Assembly: GCA_040954595.2 (NCBI GenBank) | Contig: CM082580.2 | Span: 982,783 to 1,046,782 of the forward strand | Length of the DNA stretch: 64,000 nt | Direction of reading: 5' to 3' | Source of the DNA: Balanoglossus misakiensis | Lineage: Eukaryota > Animalia > Hemichordata | Shown here: in pieces, positions 13,857-24,163 of the stretch | Numbering within the stretch: the first letter of the stretch is position 1 | How the letters are laid out: each line of letters opens with the position of its first letter | Translations under genes and position numbers: made by a program | Notes under the pieces: model-generated | Database searches by the model: none | Told to the model about the DNA's origin: nothing | Seen by the model: the letters and a program-made list of their open reading frames with translations, nothing else

Positions 13857-14784
13857 TAGCCTGGAGACCAGGGCGTCGGGGAAAAGAAACGCCCGGGGAC
13901 AGTCTCTATTTACGAACAGAATTCTGTTCGTAGAACGACACGTGTGGTAAATCTTGCGTGTAAGCTAATTGGTCACTCAATGTTAACCACATGACATCGT
14001 CGCCTTCTAAATAAGGAAATAGAGGTGGAGTCATGTGTGAAATTCCCGCGATGGGATGTGGGAGTGGTTTTGAAAGTGTATGAATATTCATAACCAAGCT
14101 TTGTTAAAGGCACGTAAGGTGTAACTTTTGGGATAATTTTCATAATTTTTGTTTCAAACTGCACTACCATTAGTCCATGCAGATGGAGGTAGTGAACAAT
14201 ACACAAGCATTATAAACCCTAAGTATGAGTGCATATGCAAGTTTTAACCAGATAAATAATAAAGCTTTGCCGCAAGCGATTATGGCCGCCACCGTGGGAA
14301 AATGCAAGAAACAATGAAAATGTTGCATTTCCGGTTGTGAAACTTCATAAACAAAACATGATCTCATCCACTTGAGCTCATGGAAGTAAATGTACACCAC
14401 TGAGACATCAGATTTTCATTTTTCATTGCAATATTGCGCTTTTTTTAAAATTGCAGGAATTTTCGTTTTTCTTTAATTTTTGGCCATTTTGTCATAAATA
14501 AGTGTTGAGCTTGATATATTATCATGAAATAGCATTTAATAGACATAATTAAAAGCATATATGAGATTATTTAAAACTTTAATTTTTTATCCAGTTACAG
14601 CTTACGTGCCTTTAATTATATCATCCAACCACTGGCGCCCGTCAACATTTGATAGATCACTCGTTATCCATTTGTTACTAAGCGACCTCGATCGTTGCCA
14701 AGACTACTATCTTTCAGCTCAGCAGGACTTGCTCGACTGTCCCCGAGCGTTGTATTTTAGATCGACGCCCTGGTCTCCCGGCTA
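13857..14784. mobile_element. Non-autonomous AcademH-type element
   Basis: TIR TAGCCTGGAGACCAGGGCGTCG / CGACGCCCTGGTCTCCCGGCTA (~50 bp imperfect). Perfect 9-bp TSD AGATTGTCA at 13848-13856 and 14785-14793. TAG...CTA termini. Confidence 0.85.
14108..14611. mobile_element. Kolobok-type MITE (504 bp) nested in the AcademH-type element
   Basis: TTAA|AGGCACGTAAGGTGTAACT ... AGTTACAGCTTACGTGCCT|TTAA. TTAA TSD with purine-purine start. Confidence 0.8.
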
Positions 14785-15278
14785 AGATTGTCAATATATA
14801 CGCCGCATGTTGCCAGCCAGGGCCCCGACTGACATTCCCTCTGAATATACACACCCCTCTATTGAAAATGGAACATTCCTGCAAGCAAAGCATGTTGTAC
14901 TTGCTTACATCAGCTGTAGTGACTTGTGTAGACCCCCAGCGCGCGGCCTCTACTGTCTGTATATGGTCTGTCACAGTCCCCGGGAGTAACTGTCATGACA
15001 GAAATCGGTTTGTCAACGGCAAAACGGAGATAAGGTGTTTTTTCCGAATATAGAATATTCAATTCTGTTTGATTCGGTCATGCCCAAAGTGTGCGTAGCT
15101 GTCGTCCTCTGACAACGCTCGCTCATATTTCATGCGGAGAACTTAAGTAGGTTCAAGCCAAGTTTTAATAGTTGGGCTAAGGTCTTCCCTGATAAGTGTT
15201 GAAATGTTTGGGGTGTTACTGTCCGGGCTGTAACGACTTGGGTCGTGGAAAATGGGGGCTGAAACGACTGGGGCCGAA

Positions 15279-15334
15279 AGGGTCAGAGTGCCGGAACGAC
15301 CTGTTTAAACATGTCGTTCCAGCACTATGACCCT
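15279..15334. repeat. 56-bp imperfect palindrome after short GGGCYGAAACGAC-like repeats (MITE-end remnant)
   Basis: AGGGTCAGAGTGCCGGAACGACCTGTTT/AAACATGTCGTTCCAGCACTATGACCCT. Confidence 0.55.
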
Positions 15335-16323
15335 AAAGTGTTACCTAAGATAGTGTCCAGCGTCTAGCCGTTATTGAAATTATAGACCCTGCAGCGAGAC
15401 TGAGCATGATTTGTTGTTGTCATGAAACTCATCTCGTACTCCAGTCACTTTCATACAAAACGGCTATGAGTGTCCAATGGTCTTTGTTGAGACTGTTTGA
15501 CATTGAATGGCATTGACCTCGCGGGAGGATATCCTTCATGAATACAATGCAGGATATAATTTACATTGGCAAAGGGCTTTGAGGTGCACCAAATTAGTAA
15601 TTTAGACACACCTTAATTATTACATGCCACCCCAAACTTTTTTAAAGCAAGAAACAAAATTGCAGTGCTTTTCCAATGACGCTTTTTAAAATGTAGAATC
15701 AGATTGTTTTCTTGTCGCTCAGGTGTCCAAAATAAATATAGCTGTGATCAATTCCTACTTAAAGCAAACAAAAGTAAATTGAGTTGAATGGGCACGTCCG
15801 GCCCATATTTGACCCATTTCACATTTTTTCTTTCTTAGGCTGCATTCACAAACACCTCTGGAGGGGGGGGGGAATTCATCTTTTACCGCTAATTTTCACA
15901 TGCCCCCCCCCCCTTTCACAACCCGAAATATTTTGAAATCCCCCTTCCGAACTGCCAAAATTTTGAAATCCCCCCATTTTCTTTCACAGAGCAAAACTCA
16001 TAACTCTGCTCAAGCGCTCCCATGAAAAGAATTTGAAACTGATGTTTCCCCTCATCAGTGGGTATTAAAACTGAACATTGTTTTTATTTTTTAAGTATTT
16101 TGTATGATTATAATTAAAAAATATACAACTTAGCTAAAATGCTCAGATGAGTTAATCAGATTTTCAAAGTCCACCTAAAAGATCATTTAATCTTTCCAGG
16201 GTGCGGTTTATGTTGGAGATAGTATCAGTTAGGCTATTTCTCAGAAAATCAATGAACAATCTGCGGACACCCCGAATAATATGTTACCACAACGCTAGCC
16301 AGGAAGCACATGGGACATTTCAC

Positions 16324-16590
16324 AATGAGGCAGTGAACACTGGGGGGACCAGACTGACACGTTAACCAATCAGGGAGCTGTATGGTGAATAAATACATAT
16401 TAATAAGACCTAACCTACAAGGTCCTGCATAATGAGGCAGTGAACACTGGAGGACCAGACCTACACATTAACCAATCAGGGAGCTGTAAAGTGAATAATG
16501 CATTGTAATAAGACCTAACCTACAAGGTCTGGTGAATAATACATAGTAATAAGACCTAACACATAAGGTCCCTCCAATCAGCGAGCCGCA
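16324..16590 (+). repeat. ~107-bp tandem repeat (two units plus partial)
   Basis: AATGAGGCAGTGAACACTGG...AACCAATCAGGGAGCTGTA...TAATAAGACCTAACCTACAAGGTC repeated. Confidence 0.75.
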
Positions 16591-16675
16591 AGTGGACCTT
16601 AGAGAAGTGGATAAACCAATCAGAACATGTAATACGTGTGCATAGGACCTGTAATGTAGGTCATTTTGAAACAGG

Positions 16676-18689
16676 ACTAGTTCACCATGACCAACCACAT
16701 GACCCAGGAAATCGATCTGCTCATAACCCACATAACACTTAGTTGGTCTCGCTGTTAACTTTGCCTTTCGTAGTCTGCTCATCAAATCTGTAATTGTCTT
16801 GATATGTTCTTCCCATGATGCAGTGTGGATCAGTATGTGATCGATATAGTTGTCTACGTTCTTCATATCTCTTAACAATCTTCTCATAATTCTGCTAAAA
16901 GTCGCAGCACTATTTACAAGTCCGAAAGGCATTTTGATAAATTGGTATAGCCCATCATGCGTGATAAATGCCGTCAATTGTTTAGAATTATCAGTCAACG
17001 GGACTTGCCAATATTCTTTGCTGAGATCTACTTTAGTGAAATAGTGATCCTTGGATAACTTAGCAAAAAGCAAAAAGCTCACTCAGGTCTGGTGTAGGCT
17101 CTGCATCAAACACTGTTATGCGATTGAGCTTTCTCATGTCAACACAACAACGATTGGACCCATCAGATTTCTTCACCATTACCAGTGGAACAGCATATGG
17201 ACTCTCTGAAGGTTCAGCTACTCCCATCTTAATCATCGTTTTGACTTCATCTTTCACTGCTTCACGGAGTGCATGAGGGATGGGGTATGGCCTACTGCAT
17301 ACTGGTGTTGGATCCATCAACTTGATGTCATGGAAACCCAGGTTGGTGTTACCACGAATATCAGTTAACATATCTTTGTAATTGATCAGCAACCTCCTCA
17401 CCACTTGCTTCTGTATGTCTGACAAGTTGTCACATACATTCACATCTGCAGCAAATTCTTTCTGCTTGAATGCAGGAACCCGCAGTAAGTCATCGTTTAC
17501 TTTAACCCCTGTGTTCTCTTGTACTTCTGAAGATTCATAACTCTGCTCATCTATCACAGATACACACACAATCTCAAGAAGTCCAGCTGATACTTCATCT
17601 AGCTGATCAGTTCTTCGATAGTACCTCTTCAACAGGTTGGCATGGAATGTTTTCACCCTATGACCAAAGTCAATCTTGTAATCCATATTGCTCGCTTTCT
17701 CCACCACTGGAAAAGGACCCTTCCAGTGCATAAGTAGTTTATTATGGTCAGTAGGTAGTAGCAATAACACCTCGTCACCTTTGTTGAACTTCCTCCATTT
17801 GGCCTTTCTATTGTAGTAGGACTTGTATTTGCCTTGTGATATCTTCAGTTCTTGTCTTGCTAAATCGCATGCCTTCTTTAATTTCTTTTGAAGATCAAGG
17901 ATGTATTGATAAGTCGTTTTGGTTTCTGGTTCACTGATCTCTCCAGTCCATAGTTCTTTCAAGATAGCCATTGGACCACGCACACTCCTCCCATAAAGTA
18001 ACTCAAACGGAGAGAATCCTGTGCTCGATTGAGGCGTTTCTCTGTAGGCAAATAGTAAAGCATTCAGATAACGATCCCAATATGTTGGACGTTCCTCACA
18101 CATCTTCCTGAGCATGAGTTTCAATGTACCATTGAACCGTTCCACTAGACCATTGAATGCTGGGTGGTATGGGGTGGTAGTCATCTGCTTTATAGACAAA
18201 AGCCGGCTGACCTCACGCATCACATCTGATGTAAATTGAGTTCCTTGATCTGTCAGAATTTCACGTGGACACCCCACTCTTGAGTAGATGTCCAGGAGCG
18301 CCTCTGCAACAGTCTTGGTATCAATGTTAGTCAATGCAACAGCCTCCGGATAGCGTGTTGCATAATCAACAACAGTAAGTATGTACCTATTCTTGCGTTC
18401 AGTGCATGGATGAATAGGGCCAACCAGGTCTACTGCAATACGTAGGAAAGGGATATCTATTAGTGGCATACTTCCAAGTGGTACCTTGGTCACCCGTCCC
18501 TTTGGTTGTGTCCGTTGACATGAATCACAGGACTGACAGTAACGGGAAACATCTGATGTTAGCCCAGGCCAAACGAAGTTGCTGAGGATCTTGTCTGTGG
18601 TCTTGTGAGTTCCGTGGTGACCACCCAGCACTGATTCATGGGCTAGTCTCATCACCTGGTTACGATACACTCTGGGAACCACCACCTGT
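16676..18689 (-). pseudogene. pol: Gmr1-like pol, integrase + reverse transcriptase part
   Basis: Zinc-binding AHES..GHHG..CQSCDSC, core DLVGP / TDQG / VERFNGTLK, WKGPF, then RT DLSKEYWQ / MPFGL. YIDD is mutated to YIDH. A 7-bp tandem duplication at ~17063-17078 causes a frameshift. Ends after FLGHVVG. Confidence 0.92.
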
Positions 18690-19538
18690 CACTACAGCTT
18701 GAACGACGCCACCTATGGGCAGTATTTCCGTGGCAGCCTATGAAGCTCATGAATATTTAATTAGACACAGTAATGGCGTTCGCGATCGAACACAGCTGTC
18801 GATGCACAGCATAATTCGGTGAGTAATATTGCTTTATTCCAAGTTTTGTTTAGTAAAATTAGCAAGATGTCAGAGACAATATGAAATAAAGTTGCGATTC
18901 TGCTGTGTTATTTATGTGTATCAGCCAAATAACTTGAACATTTTGATCACCCGCTGACAGTCCCTGGCCGTTGCTATAGCAGAAGCCGTCCTAAGCAACC
19001 ATAAACAAACACTAAAAATTACAACGATTCAGCTTCACAGAATTGTTTTTTTCAATTTGAAAACCATACGAATTTAGTCTTTTATACGTAAACATAGGAT
19101 TCCATGTTTAAAATGCTGCTACAAGCAATATGACGAAATCATACCAAGCGAAAATATACGACCCTGTGTGTTCCTTGGCAGCAGCACGGGTTACATTGAT
19201 TGTAATGGCGGCGCTTCGAATTTTCGGCGACATGGTGATATTGTTCATAGAATTGACAGAAAATAAGACCGTAACTGAAAAATCAGAAACCAATAGTTTG
19301 TGCTAAAATATATTCTTGATATAATTCGCTGGAAATTCGAGGGTGAAAACGAAATAAGAAAAAAATGAATGGGCGAGATTGTTATGGTAAGGTTACCCAC
19401 ATTCTTTCTATGTCACCTTTGACCTCAATTTCTGGAGGAAGTATAATGAGCAGGTGTTTTGTTTTTGCTTCCCTCGGATAGATAATTATTGTAAAGATAT
19501 TTCTCTTGTTCACCCTTTTCAGGTATAGATTTAGAGCC

Positions 19539-22500
19539 ATGTGGGGCAAACTATTCAACAGGAGTAGCGCACTTCTTAAAAGTTTGTCTATTGTTATGCC
19601 GAATAGAAAAGGGAAAAGTTACTTCAACATAGGCCAGTGGGCAAAGGACCAAAAGATAGCGAGACAGGTAGCTGAAGAGAAGTGTTTACAACAACTATAT
19701 CAGGAGAAATTGAAGACTAGATCTTTGTCTGGGAGCGTGGCCAACAACCTATTGGTAGTTAGAACAAAGAGAGGACAGACTAAACACAGGTTTAACTTAG
19801 GAGAGTGGTGTAGACAGAGAAAGAGAAAGAGAGATGAGGAAGAAAGCATAATTCAGGATAAGTTGAATAAGTTGAGTGCAGCTAGGAGACTAGTAAAAAG
19901 ATCCTCAACCCAGCTAGCTAGACTAGAGAAGAAGAACAGTAAGATTTGTGAGATCTTAGCTACAAAGAATAATAAGAGAAAGGTAAGCTAGATCAGATAA
20001 ATAGACTTAGTCATAATTTTAAAAATCTCAGATTTGTATAAATCCTCTTCAAATTTTAGCCCAAATTCGCTTTTTGAACTTCATGTCACATGATCCTGTG
20101 TAAACAATGATAACAAAATGGGTTCAGCTTTGATGCAAAACATCTAGGTTTTCCAACAAACTATGTATATTTTTTAGGATTTTTATTGCAGAAGTTGTCA
20201 GAAAAATACAGGCTACACGTGTGTATTTCTTATCAAGGACATTTAAATTAATGATTAACTTGTAAGAAGATTTTATTTTATATATAATGATTATATTCTA
20301 ATTAGTATATATTTATCACACACTTAATCTTTCAGATTCCTGTTGATGTTGTTAATGTGAAACGCTCTAAATGGGTCCACAAGAACACTGAAGTATGTGC
20401 AGATAATAGTGAATCTTTGAAGCTGTCGCGACGTCAACAGTATGAACGTAGGTGTGAAACCTTATCAGCAGCCATAAATATTCATGTAGCAACTACAGAT
20501 GTAAGCCCAGCCAAAGGTATAAATAAACCGAATGTACTACATCCACCAAAAGCAGCACTTGATGGTTTGTGGTATACTCTTGTTAATTCTGCCACTCCTG
20601 ACCAAATGAAAACATTCTTCAGAACCTCTCCCCAAATCAGTAAAAAAGTAATGCCATCAGTATTTGATAAATACATCAGTAAATTTGAGAAAAGTGAGAA
20701 CAATTTGGTGAGGAGTGTCAGAACTATGTATGAGGGCGGAGTACTATCCAAACGAAAATATAACTGTCTGAGGCAGAGTGAACTTCAGATGTTCTCCAAC
20801 TTGAAACATCCTAGGAAAGCAGTAGAAATTCATTCTGGCTGTAGAATACCAAGACTGCTCCCATACACAAAAGTTGTACAGTATGTAAGTAACCTTGACA
20901 TTGGAAATCTTGAGCCAATTATATCATCTGAAGGCAAACAAGTCGGCTTAAAAAGAAACCCTGAGGAGTTGCTTATTAAGATTGCCAGTTTATATTTAAA
21001 TATGGGGGAAACACAGCCTGATATTCTTAACTGGTTCGGTAAACAGGAGGGCTCATTTCAAATCAGTATAGGTGCTGACGGGGCTCCGTTTGGCAAACAT
21101 GGACAGGCCACTGCATGGCTAGTTAGTTTCTTGAATGTGACCCACCGTGTTGCTAGCCCAGACCACAATTTTCTCCTATTAGGGGCAAACATAAAAGAGG
21201 ATGACCCCATAATGATTGAATTTGCAATTGCATTGTCAAAAGACCTTGAGTGTATTGAGAAACGTAAATATAAAGTTGGCAGTCTTGATGTAACTTTTCA
21301 GGTGTCACTTTTACCCTTTGATCAGAAGGGATTGGCCAGTGTGTCTGGAGAACTAAGCAATGCAGCAAAGTATTTCAGCTCATTTGCTAACGTTCCAAAA
21401 ATGATATTGATTGTATTGGAGCAGAAATTGGCCCAGGTCAGAAGTGGGATGAATGGAAATATCAGAAAAGAATTAAAGATGCAGAAGCTGTTGAAAAGTT
21501 GAAGTCAACTAAGAAAATTAAAACTGGAAAGCCCAAAACAGTGCGACCCAAAATCACACAATTTATAGCCAGTCTGAGGTCAAGACAGGAATTTGTACCA
21601 CCGTTGGGTAGATTTATTGATTGTGCCAAGGCTGAGCCATTGCATTTAAAGAACAATGCATGGCAATACTACTTCCAACGATTACTGATTGACGCAGTTG
21701 CCCACACTTCAGAAAAGGGTCGTGAAAATGGAGTTAAAATTGAGAATCTACCTAACGAGTCATATCTGTACAAATTCCTGTCTGCCCTAAAATATCAAGT
21801 AAAAGCTGGAAAGTTGTATAATAAGATTGTAAAATACTTCAATGAAAATAGTGTCAAGTCAAATGCCAACATTAATGTGGTTTATCGCTTCACTGGTGAG
21901 GAGTCTCGCAAACTTGCTTGGCATTTCATAGGATTGGTATTAGCATTGAGAAGCGATACAGACAGACCAAAGCGTCGGGCTCAATTAGCTCTCTACACAT
22001 ATACTGGTATCTTGCTTAGAGATATCACTTTGTTATTCTCACGATTCAACATAAATGAGGGAGATTTGCTTGTACTTAGGCATAAGTGTCGGTGGTACTT
22101 TAATCTACATTCCCTGTTTCTGAATGTCAATAATACTGTGTGGCACATTGGTTATGTAGTCCCAAAACACACCACTAGTATCTATAAGCAATTCAGTCTG
22201 GGATTAGGCCTAAACACAATGGAAGGCAGAGAGGCAAAGCATCTACGCCTGCTAGAATTCAGTGAAAATTCTACACCTCAAAATAGGTGGGCCCTCATAT
22301 TTCGACACGAATATGTGATGCTTTTTTGGCTGAGGAACAAAAGTCCAAAAGCTGACAACTATAGAAATGCAAATGTAGGTCAATTTGAGCTTAAAGAAAA
22401 AGAAAAATACATTCCCAGTCGATATTATGAGAATGCAGGCTACTGTATGTGTGGCAATTTAAAAAAATGAAACAATGACTGCCTGTGAAATATGTGTTGA

Positions 22501-22576
22501 CCCAATTATGGATGACATAAAAAAAGCAGCTGTCACTGGTAAAATATCAAATAAACTCAAGAAACTTATGCTGTGA
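19539..22576 (+). pseudogene. RAG1/Transib-like DDE transposase, two coding exons (19539-19982, 20336-22576), two 1-bp frameshifts
   Basis: Phase-0 GT-AG intron 19983-20335 joins the ORFs in frame. Motifs LKLSRRQQYERR, LSKRKY, IGADG (D, 21077), IKEDD, PFDQK (D, 21320), EPLH, RFTGEESRKL, GLNTMEGREAKH (E, 22231). Frameshifts near 21394 and in the A-run near 22465. C-terminal CxC...CxxC; stop at 22574-22576. Confidence 0.8.
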
Positions 22577-23428
22577 ACAATGATTGAATTTGAAACAGTG
22601 GATTGTGTCACTGTGTGCTACTTTAGAATTAAAGGATAACTATAGTATTAATTACATTACAGAATTATAAAGACTCATCTGTAGTTGAGAGCTGCATTTA
22701 ATAAAAATGGAGATCACAAATCACATGAATTCACACTTTTTGAACTGGAGATGATATGTTTCTTATGGGATTTTGTATATGTGTGCATGTATGGGGACAG
22801 GGAAATTGAAACTTATCTTACCACTATTAAGTATTGTGAATAAACCCTTAATCGTATAGTGATTGCAGTGCTTTGCAAAATTAAAATGTATGACATACAT
22901 AAGCTTGATAGAAAAGTTTTACATTTTTCTTGAGGAGTTGTTTATTCTGCACCTGCACGAAATTTTAATGAATTTGTGAAAAAATAAAGAATTAAGTCTC
23001 ATCAAATTCTTGATATTTATAAATTTTGTCATGGAATTAATTGTAAATATTAATTAAATTTAGACCAGAAATCCTGGTTAACTGTTAGATGAGCAGTTTT
23101 GATTGACTTATCAATGTTGATTGTAGGTAACATACATTTTTTTCTGAAACTAATGAAAAATCTATGTTACAATAATGATGGAAAAAAAGAATTTTACAGT
23201 TTAGGAAATTTTGTAAACATTATCTGTTCATTTGTATTGAATGTAGATAAATAAAGACAAGTGATGAATTTTTGAGTCTTCTAATTTTCCTTTTTTTATT
23301 TGAATATATGTCAATTGTGAGAGGACTGTCTTGACAGACTGATACATCTACACTGAACAACATGTGCCACAGATCAGGAAAAAAATGTTCCTCAGATGGG
23401 TTGAATCAGTGTGAAAAATCAATAGGGT

Positions 23429-24079
23429 TCAGTTCTCTGGATGTAATGGAATTCCATGTTTGTTCCAGGCACCAAAGCTGAATCTAACAGCAACAGTCTC
23501 CCTGTTGATAAAATATTTCACAACACAGGGCTTCTCAGGTGTGAATATAACAGCTACCCTCTTTCCACGGACTTTCTTCTCTAGGATATTCTCTGTATGC
23601 TGACCGATAGCGCCCTCGTAGCAATAACCTTTCCGTATCACATACAATAGCTTCAAGGAACTTGTGAAGGTCAAGGTTATGATAGCCCTGGAGGTCTTCT
23701 CGTCGATACCAAAACCGGTCCGAGTAGCAAACTGATGAAAAACATCAAATACTTCCCTCGGCATTTGTCGTGTAAAGCTGCTTTGCCATGGTGACCTTAA
23801 CGACGGGGATGTTGACAGCCGAGCGTAGAAGGTCTTCTGCCAGTAGGTCATATCACGCTGAAACATGGGAAATACGGCGACGTCACGCCAACGAATCTTG
23901 TCCTTTGACAGCTTGTCGTTTCGAAATATGGCCCTTGTTGTCACATCCTCAAGTTCATCAAAGAGTGGGTGTATATACAGATTGTCCGACACGCATTTTT
24001 TACGTTTAAGCACAGATTTTGCCTCTCGCAATTTGCGTTTTATAACTTTCTCGGCATCGATCAACACGGGCGCCGCCAT
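23429..24079 (-). CDS. Intact 216-aa protein of unknown function carried by the transposon, convergent with the transposase
   Basis: Single ORF with strong start context CAAGATGGCGGCG, 84 bp inside the right end. Protein-like composition. AT-rich spacer (22577-23428) separates the two convergent genes. Confidence 0.7.
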   Translation of the reverse strand: MAAPVLIDAEKVIKRKLREAKSVLKRKKCVSDNLYIHPLFDELEDVTTRAIFRNDKLSKDKIRWRDVAVFPMFQRDMTYWQKTFYARLSTSPSLRSPWQSSFTRQMPREVFDVFHQFATRTGFGIDEKTSRAIITLTFTSSLKLLYVIRKGYCYEGAIGQHTENILEKKVRGKRVAVIFTPEKPCVVKYFINRETVAVRFSFGAWNKHGIPLHPEN

Positions 24080-24163
24080 CTTGGCAATGCGTTGCTATGG
24101 TGAACATGGGAGCTCGCGCTTCGCGGAATACTGCCCAACATAGCTCTAGTATTTCCCGCAGTG

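Larger units (their letters stand above)
18690..24163 (+). mobile_element. 5474-bp DNA transposon with RAG1/Transib-like transposase and convergent second ORF
   Basis: CACTACAG...CCGCAGTG termini. 3-bp TSD TGT at 18687-18689 and 24164-24166; removing the element and one TSD copy restores pol in frame (FGEKLL-Q-VVVPRVYR). Shared 11-mer TGGGCAGTATT at offsets 27-37 of both ends. Confidence 0.92.

Noticed and set aside
15836-15990. Harbinger-like MITE start (TTAGGCTGCATTCACA, poly-G/C repeats)
   Set aside because: No matching second TIR or TSD found.
23429-24079. ORF2 as a RAG2-like gene
   Set aside because: Too short, no kelch GG/W pattern and no PHD finger.
24075-24083. GCCATCTTG resembling the distal conserved block of ProtoRAG TIRs
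   Set aside because: Wrong orientation and distance from the end, absent from the left end, and it is simply the ORF2 start context.
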